From assembly GCA_034520565.1 (NCBI GenBank), contig JAXHNL010000002.1, positions 768,001 to 832,000 of the forward strand: a stretch of 64,000 bases of DNA, given 5' to 3'. A program made the position numbers and the translations under genes. A model generated the notes under the pieces. The model worked only from the letters and a program-made list of their open reading frames with translations, was not told where the DNA came from and made no database searches. Of the stretch, positions 1-11,441 are shown one piece after another. The number at the start of each line of letters is the position of its first letter. The stretch's first letter is position 1. This stretch comes from Halodesulfurarchaeum sp. Its GTDB lineage: Archaea > Halobacteriota > Halobacteria > Halobacteriales > Halobacteriaceae.

Positions 1-560
1 TAGACGATCAGTGAGGTCTTCCCGCCCGATTTGGTCCGCTCCGCCGGGCCCGCGATGGCGAAAAACCGGGTGGCATTCGAGGTACGATCCTGGATGTCCT
101 CGGCGAGGACGGAAAGCTCACTCCCCGCGTTGTCGGGGTGCCCGATTCCGGCGACAGAGGGATTCTGACGCGCTCGCTCGACCCCCCGGGCCGTCGAGGC
201 GACGGCCTCGAGATCGGCGTCGGGATACTCCTCGAGGAGATAACTCCGACACTGTGCGAGCGCCTGGGAGTGACTCGCGACGACCGAGAAGTCCTCGCCC
301 TGTGCCAGCAACGCGTGTTGGATCGGGGTGACGATCTCCCGGGTCACGGCCACTTCGGCGTCCGAGAGCGCGTCCAGACTCTCAGTCACCGAGCCCTCGA
401 TGCTGTTCTCGATGGGGACGACCCCCAGGTTGAACTCCCCGGAGGCGACCCCGCTCACGATGCCGTGGACCGACTCTCGGAACGCGATTTCCCCGTCGGC
501 GACGGCGGTCGCGGCGCGGTGGGAGTAGGTCCCCTCCGGGCCCAGTGTCACGGTCGTCAT
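1..560 (-). CDS. pheA: Prephenate dehydratase (3' end runs off the window)
   Basis: Manual translation from ATG 560: MTTVTLGPEGTYSHRAA...VVPIENSIEGSV...SHSQALAQC...SNATRFF, all PDT motifs. Not in the ORF track because it is open at the edge. Confidence 0.92.
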   Translation of the reverse strand, partial: MTTVTLGPEGTYSHRAATAVADGEIAFRESVHGIVSGVASGEFNLGVVPIENSIEGSVTESLDALSDAEVAVTREIVTPIQHALLAQGEDFSVVASHSQALAQCRSYLLEEYPDADLEAVASTARGVERARQNPSVAGIGHPDNAGSELSVLAEDIQDRTSNATRFFAIAGPAERTKSGGKTSLIV

Positions 561-626
561 GCTCCGGGATACAGCATGGCGTGGGAAAAGGTCATCGGGG
601 CGTCGGATTGACTACTCGACGGTCAC

Positions 627-2046
627 CTACCGATTCAGCGTGTGGATAGCGTGCCCGAGGGCGTTCTCCGCGGCTTCCATGGTGGCCTCCGCGAGCGTCG
701 GGTGGGTGTGGACCGTCTCGGCGACGTCCTCGATGGTCGCGCCGGTTTCGACCGCCAGTCCGAGTTCGGCGATGAGCTCGGAGGCCTCTCGGCCGACGAT
801 TCGGGCCCCGAGGACCGTTCCCTCGTCCGCGTCGCCGACGATCCGGACGAAGCCTTCGGTGTGCCCGGTACTCAGAGCGCCGCCCGCTGGATCGGAAGGG
901 GAACTCCCCGACGACGGTGTCGTAGCCGGTCTCCTCGGCCTCCTCCTTCGAGAGCCCGACCATCGCGATTTCGGGATCCGTGAAGACGGCCGCGGGAACG
1001 ACCTTCTCGGCCATCGAGGCGTCCTCGCCGGCGATGACCGAGGCGGCGACTTCGCCCTCCGCGCTCCCTGCGTGGGCGAGGAGCGGTTCCCCGGCCACGT
1101 CGCCGATCGCGAAGACGTGGTCGGTGCTCGTGCGGCCCTGGTCGTCGGTCTCGACGAAGCCGTGCTCGTCGAAGTCGATCCCGAGGGCCTCGAGGTTCGC
1201 CGAGTCGGTGACCGGCTCGCGGCCCACCGCGACGATCGCTTTGTCGGCCTCGTAGGTGGATACCTCGCCGTCCTCGGTCTCGGTTTCGAGGACGATGCCG
1301 GAATCGGTCCCCGTCCAGTCGCTTGCGGCCTCCCCGAACTGGAACTCGATGTCGAGTTCCTCGGCCTGCTGTTCGACTGGGCGGGTGAGGTCCCGGTCGT
1401 AGCCCGGCAGCATTTCCTCGAGCATTTCGACGACGGTTACGGAGACCCCGAGCTTGACGAAGACGGTCGAGAGTTCCATCCCGATGTAGCCCGCGCCGAC
1501 GACCACGAGTTCCTCGGGGACCGTATCGAGATCGAGCGCGTGCCGCGAGGAGAGGACGTGTTCCCCGTCGAATTCGAAGCCCGGGATCTCGATCGGCCGC
1601 GATCCCGTCGCGACGATCGCGTTGTCGAACTCGTAGCGCTCCTCGCCGCCCTCCAGGAGGTCGACAGTCAGGGAGTGCTCGTCCTCGAAGGTGGCGGTTC
1701 CCTCGACCAGGTTCACGCGATTGGCCTTACAGAGCTTCTGGACGGCCCCGGTAAGGGTGTCGACGACGCCGTCCTTCCACGCGACCATCTCCCCGAAGTC
1801 GACCTCGGGGTCGGCGTAGACGCCCATCGCCTCTGCGTGACCGGCCTCGTAGGCCACGTCCGTGGCGTGGATGAGTGCCTTGGAGGGAATACAGCCGAAG
1901 TTCAAGCACGTCCCACCGAACTCGCCCGCCTCGATGAGCGTGACGTCCAGATCGAGCTGTGCGGCTCGGATGGCGGCGACGTAGCCGCCCGTGCCGGCCC
2001 CCACGATCGCGACGTCGGTGTGTGTCGACTCGGAATCGGATGCCAT
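627..2046 (-). CDS. lpdA: Dihydrolipoamide dehydrogenase (one frameshift near 880)
   Basis: GAGTGG FAD motif, GGTCLNFGCIPSK redox disulfide, GAGYIG. The C-terminus (GRALSTGHTEGFVRI...HTHPTLAEA...HTLNR*) continues in another frame to TAG at 627-629. Confidence 0.92.
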
Positions 2047-2165
2047 TGGCGGCCCTACTGGCGGGGGCCTATTGAGCCGTTCCCTTCGCCGCGGACGGTT
2101 GGATCCGACTTGTAGTTCGCTCGGGACGAAACGGCTTTCCGCGGACCACCCCTCTCAACGGACAG

Positions 2166-4511
2166 ATGGACGTCGCCGAGGTTGTTCCCGAGTTCGCCGA
2201 CGTATTCTCCTTTGACGCCTTCAACGAGATGCAGCGGACGGCGTTGCCGGCCGTGCTCGATACGGACGACAACGTCGTCATCAGCGCGCCCACGGGCAGC
2301 GGCAAGACGGCCCTCGCGGAACTCGCGATCATCGAGGCGCTCGAATCCGGCGGGACTGCCCTTTTCATCGCCCCGATGCGGGCGCTCACGAACGAGAAGG
2401 AAAGCGAGTGGGAGCGCATCGAGGCCCTTGGCTACTCGGTCTACGTCGTGACCGGCGAACGGGATCTCAACCCCCGGCTGGCCGAGCGGGCGGACGTGCT
2501 CGTGATGACGCCGGAGAAGGTGGATTCGGCCACGCGCAAGCACGATACCCCACGATACGCCTTCGTTACCGACGTCGACGTCGTCGTCATCGACGAGGTC
2601 CACCTCCTCGATTCGCGATCCCGAGGGAGCGTGCTAGAGGTGGTCGTCTCGCGGCTCCGGCGACTGGTCGATCCCCGCTTTGTCGCCCTCTCGGCGACAA
2701 TGCAGAACATCGGAGAAGTCGCCGCGTGGCTCGACGCCCCCGAGGAGACCACCTTCGACTTCGACTCGAGCTACCGGCCCGTGGACCTCCACGCTGGCGT
2801 CGAGACCTACACCCACGGCGAGAACGCCTTCGCGGACAAGTACCGGCGACTGTACACCGCCCTCGACCTCGCCGAACCCCACCTCGAGGAGGACGGGCAG
2901 GCACTGGTCTTTGTCTCCTCCCGCCAGGACACCGTGAAAGCCGCCGAAACGGCGAGAGACGAGATCGCAAAGCGGGACATTCCGGTCGGCGACCGGGGCG
3001 ATTACGACTTTCACTCCCGGACTCAGGTGCTGGACAACGACACGCTGCGCCAGTCGGTCCTCGACGGCGTGGCCTTCCACCACGCCGGCCTCTCGAAGAA
3101 CGACAAGGACCACGTCGAGGCGTGGTTCCGCGAGGGGCGTATCGACCTGCTCTTCTCGACGTCAACCCTCGCCTGGGGGGTCAACCTCCCCGCCCGGTGT
3201 GTCGTGATCCGCGACACGAAGCTCCACGACCCCCTTTCGGGCGAGGTGGACATGAGCCCGCTCGACATCCTCCAGATGCTCGGCCGAGCCGGCCGACCGG
3301 GGTATGACGACGTCGGCTACGGTTGGATCGTTGCCGACCGGGTGGAAGCAGAGAAGTACCGGCGCCTGCTCCGGGACGGGAAGGAGATCGAGTCTCGGCT
3401 GGCGGAGAACCTTGCAGAACACGTCAACGCCGAGATCGCCCTGGGCACGATCTCGGGCATCGAGGACGTCCTCGACTGGCTCGAGACGACCTTCTACTTC
3501 CAGCGGGCGGGCTACACTCGGGGCGATTCGGCCTACGACGACGTCCGGAGGCGCGTCCGGGCCGTTCTCGACGACCTGCTCGATTGGGGGTTCGTCGAGA
3601 TCGACGCGGACCTCGGGCTCTCGCCGATGCCGATGGGCCAGCTGGCCTCGCGGTACTACCTCCGGCTGCCGACCGCCGAACGGTTCCGGGATCTCGTCGA
3701 CGTCGAGCCCGACGAGCGCGAGATCCTCGCGGCGGTGGCCCAGGCCGAGGAGTTCGACAGCGTGAGCGCCAGAGGGGACGAACGCGACGCCATCGAAGCG
3801 GTGCTCGGACGGGACACCGGCTCGCTCGAGCAAGGGGCCCGGAAGATCCTCGCGATCCTGGCGGCCAGCATGGACGGGGAGTTACCCCCTGAACTTCGCT
3901 CGGACGCGTGGGTCATCAAACAGAACGCGCTCCGGCTGCTCGCGGCCGCCCGGGCCTTTTTCGATCGCTTCGACCGGCCGGCCGGGGCGAACCGCTGTCG
4001 CCGGATCGAGGCCCGGGTCGAGACCGGGGTCCCGCCGGAGGCGGTGGGATTGACGGCTATCGACGGAGTCGGCGCCGGGCGCGGGCAGCGTCTCGCCCGA
4101 TCCGGATTGACGGACCCGGCTGCCGTCGTCGAGGCCGGCGTCTCGGGACTCGTGGAGGCCGGACTTGGCGAGGAAGTCGCCCGAAGCGTCGCGAGCGGGG
4201 CCGCCCGGCTTCCCCGGGTGGAGATCGACTGGGGCGACTTCCCCGCGTCGGTGCCGGCGGGGGAAAACGACATGCAGGAGGTGACGGTTCGAACCGAGGG
4301 CAGCGGCGCTCGAACCGGGATCCGGGTGACGGTCAACGGGGTGGAGATGACCCGTTCGGTTCGCTACGTCAGCGAGGCGGAAACGGTGCCGGTCGGAGTC
4401 TTCGGTGCGAACGACGACGAACTCACCTACGCTATCGAGGTCACGTTTCCCGACCATCCGCTCTGCCCTCACACCGAGACACGGACCGTCAGGGTTGAGC
4501 CAGACGTTTAA
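2166..4511 (+). CDS. Ski2/Hel308-like SF2 DEAD/DEAH-box helicase
   Basis: APTGSGKT, TPEK, DEVH, SAT, HHAGL, TLAWGVNLP and QMLGRAGRPG motifs; 781 aa. Confidence 0.9.
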   Translation: MDVAEVVPEFADVFSFDAFNEMQRTALPAVLDTDDNVVISAPTGSGKTALAELAIIEALESGGTALFIAPMRALTNEKESEWERIEALGYSVYVVTGERDLNPRLAERADVLVMTPEKVDSATRKHDTPRYAFVTDVDVVVIDEVHLLDSRSRGSVLEVVVSRLRRLVDPRFVALSATMQNIGEVAAWLDAPEETTFDFDSSYRPVDLHAGVETYTHGENAFADKYRRLYTALDLAEPHLEEDGQALVFVSSRQDTVKAAETARDEIAKRDIPVGDRGDYDFHSRTQVLDNDTLRQSVLDGVAFHHAGLSKNDKDHVEAWFREGRIDLLFSTSTLAWGVNLPARCVVIRDTKLHDPLSGEVDMSPLDILQMLGRAGRPGYDDVGYGWIVADRVEAEKYRRLLRDGKEIESRLAENLAEHVNAEIALGTISGIEDVLDWLETTFYFQRAGYTRGDSAYDDVRRRVRAVLDDLLDWGFVEIDADLGLSPMPMGQLASRYYLRLPTAERFRDLVDVEPDEREILAAVAQAEEFDSVSARGDERDAIEAVLGRDTGSLEQGARKILAILAASMDGELPPELRSDAWVIKQNALRLLAAARAFFDRFDRPAGANRCRRIEARVETGVPPEAVGLTAIDGVGAGRGQRLARSGLTDPAAVVEAGVSGLVEAGLGEEVARSVASGAARLPRVEIDWGDFPASVPAGENDMQEVTVRTEGSGARTGIRVTVNGVEMTRSVRYVSEAETVPVGVFGANDDELTYAIEVTFPDHPLCPHTETRTVRVEPDV

Positions 4512-4537
4512 ACCGTAAGACCGGGCCATGACGGCCC

Positions 4538-5269
4538 ATGCAGGACACGATTCGGGTGATCGCCGGTCGGTGTACGATTCGCCACGAGGCAGACGAGCAG
4601 TCGGAATCGGAGGGCGAGGTGGTCGTGCTGGTCAAGCCGGACAACACGGTGCTCGTGCACGACATCTCCGGGTATCGGCCAGCCGGCTGGTTGACGCGGG
4701 CGGATTCGGTCCAGCTCTCGCTCTCGGAGGGTGCGTTCGACCTGCGTGCTCAGTCCGGCGTGGAGACCCTGCACGTCACCGGCGAGGATCCCGCAGTCGC
4801 CGAGTTTCCGGCGACGGCAGCCGGCACCCCTGTCGGTACCTGTCCGGACTGCGGCGCATCGATGGTCCGGGCCGCCGGCGAAGTCTCCTGTCTGGGCTGT
4901 GGGGCTCCCTATCCACTTCCGCGGAACGCGACCGTCACCGGTTCGACCTGTGAGACGTGTGGCTTGCCGACCATCTCGCTCACCCGCGGGACCGACCTCG
5001 AGGTCTGTCTCGACCGCGAGTGCGAGCCGATCGACGCGGCCGTGCGGGCGAATTTCGAGGGCGAATGGACCTGTCCGACCTGCGGATCGGACCTGGCGAT
5101 CGCCCGGGCCCGGACCCTCGGAGCGCAGTGTCCGACCTGCGAGACCCACTACCCGATCCCGGACGGGGAGGTTTCCGGATCGTGTACTTGCGGGCTCCCG
5201 TGGTTCGAAACCGACCACGGGGGCCGGTGTCTCGATCCGGAGTGTTCCGTGTCCGCTCCGACGCCCTAA
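4538..5269 (+). CDS. NucS-like N-terminal domain fused to multiple C4 zinc ribbons
   Basis: VLVKPDNTVLVHD...GYRP resembles the NucS/DUF91 N-terminus; about eight CxxC-type pairs follow. Confidence 0.7.
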   Translation: MQDTIRVIAGRCTIRHEADEQSESEGEVVVLVKPDNTVLVHDISGYRPAGWLTRADSVQLSLSEGAFDLRAQSGVETLHVTGEDPAVAEFPATAAGTPVGTCPDCGASMVRAAGEVSCLGCGAPYPLPRNATVTGSTCETCGLPTISLTRGTDLEVCLDRECEPIDAAVRANFEGEWTCPTCGSDLAIARARTLGAQCPTCETHYPIPDGEVSGSCTCGLPWFETDHGGRCLDPECSVSAPTP

Positions 5270-5318
5270 CCTCAGGCCCGAGAGTCACATTGATGCGGGA
5301 CCCGGCCCTGGAACCGGT

Positions 5319-6425
5319 ATGGACGGTGCGCTGCGGGATGGCGAGATACACGTCGGCGGAGACGCGAAGCAGCGCTTCCACGACTCGCGTGGCTACGGTC
5401 GTCCCCTTTCGGGCGACTCGATAGCCCTGGCGCCGGTCGAGGCGGCCCACCTTCTCTATCGGGGCGACCTCGACTCGGTTTCCGGGATGGGATTCCGGGA
5501 CTTCCTTTCGTCCCGGGAGCCGGGCTTTGGCCCCCGCTTTCTGGTCTACGTCGACCTGCGAGACCGGGGATTCTATCTCTCGCCCGCGCGCGAGGGGTGG
5601 GTTCCCGACAGCATCGACCGTCCCGGGGACGGGTCCGAAGAGCCCGCGACGAGGGCCGGTCCGGACCGCGAGCGAACCGCCCCGGACGGCCCGGACTTCG
5701 TCGTCTACCCGCGGGGGAAGGGGCCCCAGAACGGCGAAGTCGCCTACCGGGTCACGGTGGTAAGCGAACGGACCGAAATTCCGGGGACGGCACTCGACCT
5801 TGGCGTCTTCGCCGTCGCCGACGAGGAGGGCGACCTGACCTACCTCGAGGTCGAAGGATTCGACCCGGACGGCGAAACCGAATTCGAGCCGGAGGGAACG
5901 GTCACGGGTTCGCTCCTCGACGACCGAGTGCTGGTCTGGGACACCCCGGATGGGCTCTACGAGGAGGGCTTCTACGGCCAGCCGCTCGCCGGTCGGGGAG
6001 CGACACACGACGTCCTCCACCTCTCGCTGCTCGAGGCGGCGGACCTCGCGGCTCGCGGCGTCCTCGCGCTCGAATCCGGCGAAGGCGTCGAGGCGATTCT
6101 GGAGCGCGGCCGGACCGTCGAGGGCGAACGCTTCGACCGACGGCTCAGGGTCTACCGGACCCTCCGGGACCGGGATACTGCCCCCCGGACCGGCTTCAAG
6201 TTCGGTGCGGACTTTCGGGTGTATCGCGCCGTGGAGTCCGCGGAGAACCCGGGCCACTCCGCGTTTCTGGTTCGGGTCCGGCCACTGGACCACGTCTTTG
6301 GTCCCCGGGATCTGGCACTCGACGTGCGGATGGCCCACGGGGTCAGGAAACGAATGGTTTTTGCGCTCGACGGGGCCAAGGGCGAACAGACACGGTGGCT
6401 CGCGGTGAGTCGCCTCACCCCATAA
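5319..6425 (+). CDS. endA: tRNA-intron (splicing) endonuclease, homodimeric type
   Basis: Duplicated EAAHL/EAADL halves, TGFKFGADFRVY, GHS, RMAHGVRKRM; directly upstream of trpS. Confidence 0.93.
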   Translation: MDGALRDGEIHVGGDAKQRFHDSRGYGRPLSGDSIALAPVEAAHLLYRGDLDSVSGMGFRDFLSSREPGFGPRFLVYVDLRDRGFYLSPAREGWVPDSIDRPGDGSEEPATRAGPDRERTAPDGPDFVVYPRGKGPQNGEVAYRVTVVSERTEIPGTALDLGVFAVADEEGDLTYLEVEGFDPDGETEFEPEGTVTGSLLDDRVLVWDTPDGLYEEGFYGQPLAGRGATHDVLHLSLLEAADLAARGVLALESGEGVEAILERGRTVEGERFDRRLRVYRTLRDRDTAPRTGFKFGADFRVYRAVESAENPGHSAFLVRVRPLDHVFGPRDLALDVRMAHGVRKRMVFALDGAKGEQTRWLAVSRLTP

Positions 6426-6426
6426 C

Positions 6427-7979
6427 ATGACAGAGGACACAAAATCCGACGACCCGGCTGCGGGGGCCGACGAGGTCGCCCTCGACCCGTGGGGCTCCTC
6501 GACGATCGCCGATTATCGGTCGCTCTTCGAGGAGTTCGGGATCGAGGCCTTCGAGGAACTGCTGTCCGAGGTGCCGTCCCCTCACTATCTAATGCGACGG
6601 GCGATCATCTTCGGCCACCGGGATTACGACCGCGTCGTCGAGGCCATGCGCGAGGACCGACCGTTCGCCGCGCTCTCGGGGTTCATGCCGACCGGCGACC
6701 CGCACATCGGTCACAAGTTGGTCTTCGAGGAACTCATCTGGCACCAGCAGCAGGGCGGGGACACCTACGCCCTCATCGCCGACCTTGGAGGCCCACAGCG
6801 CCCGCGGGCTCACGTGGGACGAGATCGACGAGCACGCCGAGGACTACCTCCTCTCGCTTCTGGCCTTCGGCTTCGATCCGGAGGCGGGGACACTCTACCG
6901 CCAGTCCGAGCACCGCGAGGTCCAGGATTTGGCCTTCGAATTGGGCATCGAGGCGAACTTCTCGGAACTCGGTGCCATCTACGGTTTCGGCGGCGAGACC
7001 GACGTTTCCCACATGCAGAGTGTCGTCACGCAGGTCGCGGACATCCTCTATCCGCAAATCGAGGAGCCAAAGCCCACGGTCATTCCGGTGGGCCCCGACC
7101 AGGACCCCCACATCCGGCTCTCCCGTGACCTCGCCGCCCGGATGCGCTACTTCGGCGTGACGCGAGGCCTACGCCAGCTTCGAGGCCGACGCCGGCCGAG
7201 CGCGGCCCTACATGCGCGCGAGCGCTTACGACGCCCTCGCGGAGCCGACGCCGAGGACGAGCCGGTCCGCTGTGCAGCGACGCCGCCGACTGGCTCGAGT
7301 GCCGACGAGTGCGAAGCCGCCGACGATCTCGCCGACCGGCGCCATCGCACGAAACTGCGCGAGCGCCGGCAAGGAACCGCTCCGGCCCCGTGTTCGCTTC
7401 CTCGACCGGAACGCGACCGAGGCGGCCTTCGAGGGACTCATCGAGGCCATCGAGGGCGAAAAGCGGGTTTACGACGAACACGTCGACGCCTTCGACATGG
7501 ACCGGGCGGAAGCCGAGGCCCTTGCCCGCGAGGTCGAGGTCGATCAAGGCGGGTACGGCTTCGTCCAGCCCTCCTCGATCTACCACCGCTTCATGACGGG
7601 GCTTACCGGCGGGAAGATGTCCTCCTCGATTCCGGCGAGTCACATCAGCCTTCTCGACGACCCCGAGGAAGGGGCCGAGAAGGTCCGGTCGGCGACCACG
7701 GGCGGGCGCGAAACCGCCGAAGAACAGCGCGAACTCGGGGGCGAACCCGACAAGTGCCCGGTCTACGAACTCTACGCCTACCTGCTGGCCAGCGACGACG
7801 ACGAGTACGCCGAACGGGTATACTCCGAGTGTGAGACCGGCGAACGGCTCTGTGGCGGGTGCAAGGCCGAGGCCGCCGAGGAGATGGAAACGTTCCTCGC
7901 CGAGCACCAGGAGCGTCGCGAGGAACTTCGCCCGGTCCTCGAGGACCTCGACGTCGCGATCAGCCCGGATCGGATCTGA
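6427..7979 (+). CDS. trpS: Tryptophan--tRNA ligase (several frameshifts)
   Basis: [17 protein letters not shown] (HIGH), [21 protein letters not shown]; split over three ORFs. Confidence 0.92.
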
Positions 7980-8171
7980 ACCGGGGAGCCGCGAGCAGCT
8001 GGGAAAGCGCGTTCGCAACGCTTTTCACCGTGCTCGTGGCAGTCGTACCCATGCTTGCCGAATCCGCAAGCGGGACGCACCGTGCCGTCGATCAGCCCCG
8101 CAATCAGGGATTCGGCTTCTTTTTCGGGGCCTGATCTCGCATCGACCTCGAATTGAGGACTCCAGCAGACG

Positions 8172-9677
8172 ATGAAACTCCCACCAACGCAAGTCGCGGT
8201 GCTCGAAGCGGCGAGCGCCGACGACCCGACCGACATCGACGCGATCGCCGCACAGCTCGACGAAAAACCCGAGACCGTCACCGGCGCGGCCTTCGCCCTC
8301 GAGGAGGAGGGCTTACTTTCGGTCTCCGAGACCGAGGAACTCGAGAACTCGCTGACCGACGAGGGCCGCCGGTACCTCGAAGCGGGCCTCCCCGAAGTCC
8401 GGTTGTATCGGGCCGCGATCGAGGCCGGCGCCGAAGCCGACCCCGTCTCGATGGGCGAGGTGATCGGCGCGGCCGACCTCGACGGCCAGGCCGTTGACAT
8501 CGCGCTTTCGAACTTCGCCCGGAAGGGCTACGGCGAGATCGACTCGGGCGATCTGACCGCAGCCGCGGGGGCCGACCCCGAAGGGGACGCCGAAGCCCTG
8601 GCCCTCGAAGCCATTGCCGCGGGAGAGCCCATCGACGAGGACGTCCGTGGGTCCCTGGAGTCCCGGAACCTGATCGAGACCACCGAGCGAACCCGGCGGG
8701 CGGTGACACTCACCGAAACCGGCGTGACCGAACTCATGGCCGGGGTCGAGGTCGCAGAGCGGGTCGATCGACTGACGCCCGACCACCTCAGTTCGGGCGA
8801 ATGGGCGGACCGCTCCTTTGCCGAGTACAACGTCGAGGCCGAGGCGGAAGCGCCGACGCCCGGCAAGCGCCACGTTCTCCGCCAGACCGCCAAGCGGGTC
8901 AAGGAGGTCCTCGTCGGCATGGGCTTCGAGGAGATGCAGGGCCCGCACGTCGACGCGGACTTCTGGATCAACGACTGCCTGTTCATGCCCCAGGACCACC
9001 CCGCGCGCACCCACTGGGACCGGTTCGCGCTCGCCTCGCCGAGCCACATCGACGAACTTCCCGAGGACCTGCTCGAACGGGTCGAGCGGGCTCATCGGGA
9101 CGGGGTTGGAAACGACGGGGATGGCTATCACTCCCCGTGGACTCGCGAGTTCGCCTCGGAACTCGCACTCAGGGGGCACACGACCTCGCTTTCGGCCCGC
9201 TACCTCTCCGGGGAGCAGGTGGGCGACCTCGACCCGCCCCAGCGGTACTTCAGCGTCGAGAAGGCCTACCGGAACGACACCCTCGACGCGACCCACCTCC
9301 TCGAGTTCTTCCAGATCGAGGGTTGGGTGATGGCCGAGGACCTCACGGTTCGTGACCTCATGGGAACGTTCACGGAGTTCTACAGCCACTTCGGTATCAC
9401 CGACCTCCGTTTCAAACCGACCTACAACCCCTACACCGAGCCGAGCTTCGAACTCTTCGGACGGCATCCGGAGACCGACGAACTCATCGAGATCGGCAAC
9501 AGCGGGATCTTCCGGCCGGAAATGCTCGAGCCACTCGGCGTCGAGGCCGACGTGATGGCCTGGGGGCTGGCGCTCGAGCGGCTCCTGATGCTCGTGTCCG
9601 GCTTCGAGGACATCCGGGACGTCCACGGGACGCTGGTCGATCTCGACTTCCTGCGATCAGTGGAGGTGACGTACTGA
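8172..9677 (+). CDS. pheS: Phenylalanine--tRNA ligase alpha subunit
   Basis: FMPQDHPART, YRNDTLDATHLLEFFQIEG, YNPYTEPS, AWGLALERL. Confidence 0.96.
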   Translation: MKLPPTQVAVLEAASADDPTDIDAIAAQLDEKPETVTGAAFALEEEGLLSVSETEELENSLTDEGRRYLEAGLPEVRLYRAAIEAGAEADPVSMGEVIGAADLDGQAVDIALSNFARKGYGEIDSGDLTAAAGADPEGDAEALALEAIAAGEPIDEDVRGSLESRNLIETTERTRRAVTLTETGVTELMAGVEVAERVDRLTPDHLSSGEWADRSFAEYNVEAEAEAPTPGKRHVLRQTAKRVKEVLVGMGFEEMQGPHVDADFWINDCLFMPQDHPARTHWDRFALASPSHIDELPEDLLERVERAHRDGVGNDGDGYHSPWTREFASELALRGHTTSLSARYLSGEQVGDLDPPQRYFSVEKAYRNDTLDATHLLEFFQIEGWVMAEDLTVRDLMGTFTEFYSHFGITDLRFKPTYNPYTEPSFELFGRHPETDELIEIGNSGIFRPEMLEPLGVEADVMAWGLALERLLMLVSGFEDIRDVHGTLVDLDFLRSVEVTY

Positions 9678-11407
9678 TGCCCGTCGTCGACGTCGATCCC
9701 GACGAACTCCGCGAGTTGACCGGGCGGACGGAGAAGACTGACGACGAACTCAAGGACGACCTCTTCACCCTCGGTATCGAGTACGAGGGCGAGACCGAGG
9801 ACGGGAAGATGCGCCTCGAGTTCGAGGCCGACCGCCTCGATCGCCTTTCGATCACGGGCATCGCCCGCTCGCTTGGATATCACTACGGCGACCTCTCCGG
9901 GATCCACGTCCCGGACACGAACGACTGCCGACTGGACGATTGAAGTCGAGGAAAGCGTGCCCGAGGAGCGCCCGTACGTCACCGGCGCCGTCGTCCGGGG
10001 CCTCGACCTCGACGAGACTGCCCTGGAGTCGCTCATCCAGCTCCAGGAGAAGCTCCACGCGACGATGGGCCGGAAGCGCGCGAAGGGCGCCATCGGGGTC
10101 CACGACCTGACGATGCTGAAGGGCCAGTCGGCCACCGACTCCGACGAGAACTCGATCCGCTACGTGGGCGTCGAGCCCGAGGCGGATCGCTTTGTGCCCC
10201 TGGACAGCGACAGCGCGATGACCCCGGCCGCGGTGCTCACCGAGCATTCGACCGGACGTGAGTACGCGGACCTCGTCGATGGGTACGACCGTTACCCGGC
10301 TATTTACGACGACATCGGCCTGTTCAGTTTCCCGCCCGTGATCAACGGGGCCCGCACCGAGGTCTCGAGGGAGTCCCGGGACCTGTTCATCGAAATGACG
10401 GGAACCGACCAGTGGACCATCGACAAGATGCTCGCGATCGTCTGTCTACGCCCTCGACGCCCGTGGCGGGCAGGTCGAGGAGCACGTCGAGTACGTCGCC
10501 GTATCCGGACGGCGAGCACGCTGGCTTCCGCCCGGACCTCTCAGTTTCCTCGAAGACGCTCGCTCACGATCAGGTCGAGAACACGCTCGGGCTGGATCTC
10601 GAACCGGCGGCGGTCCGCGAGTTGCTCGACCGATCGGGACTGGAGCTCGACGAGGAGGCGACCGAGGCCACTCCCGACAGCTACGAAGTCCTGATCCCGC
10701 CCTATCGGGTTGACGTGCTCCACCCGGTCGACCTGGTCGACGACATCGGCCGGGCCTACGGCTTCAACGAGCTCGTCCCGCGGTACCCGGACGTGAGTAC
10801 GGTCGGCGCCCGGACCGAAGCATCCCGCCACGAGGAGGCCGTCCGCGACCTTCTGCTCGGGCTCGGGTTCGAGGACCTCCTCAACTTCAACCTCACGAGC
10901 CCCGCCGAACTGTTCGAGCGCATGGACCTCGAACCCGGGGACGACGCCTACGGGGCCGGGGAGCCACCGGCACTGGTCGAGTCTTACAGCGAGGACTACA
11001 CCGTGTTGCGGACCTGGGCGCTCCCCTCGCTCCTGCAGGTCCTCGAGAACAACACCCACCGCTCGTATCCACAGCACCTCTCGGAAATCGGGTTCGTGGC
11101 CGAAGTCGACGAGTCGACGGTGACGAACGTGGCCGAGCGCCGCTCGGTCGCCGCCGTTCTCGCGGGGCCCGACGCGTCCTACGAGGACGCAAAGGGCCGA
11201 TTGCAGGCACTCGCGCGCAACTTCGGCGTCGACCTCGAAACGCCTCCAACCGCCCACCCGAGCTTCATCGACGGACGCGTCGCCGACGTCGTTCTCGATG
11301 AAACCGTCGCTGGAGTCATCGGCGAACTCGACCCGGCCGTACTCGTGGCACACGACCTCGAGGTACCGGTCTCCGGGTTCGAACTCGACCTCGAAGCGCT
11401 CCGCTGA
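9677..11407 (+). CDS. pheT: Phenylalanine--tRNA ligase beta subunit (two frameshifts, ~9925 and ~10445)
   Basis: DRLDRLS, QEKLHATMGRKRAKGAIGVHD, FSFPPVING, PPYRVDVLHPVD; overlaps the pheS stop. Confidence 0.92.
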
Positions 11408-11441
11408 TCGGCGGTTCTACTGTCGGGAAGCGTACGTTGTT

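Noticed and set aside
7980-8160. Hydrophobic peptide-like remnant between trpS and pheS
   Set aside because: No convincing start or recognisable family; cannot be supported
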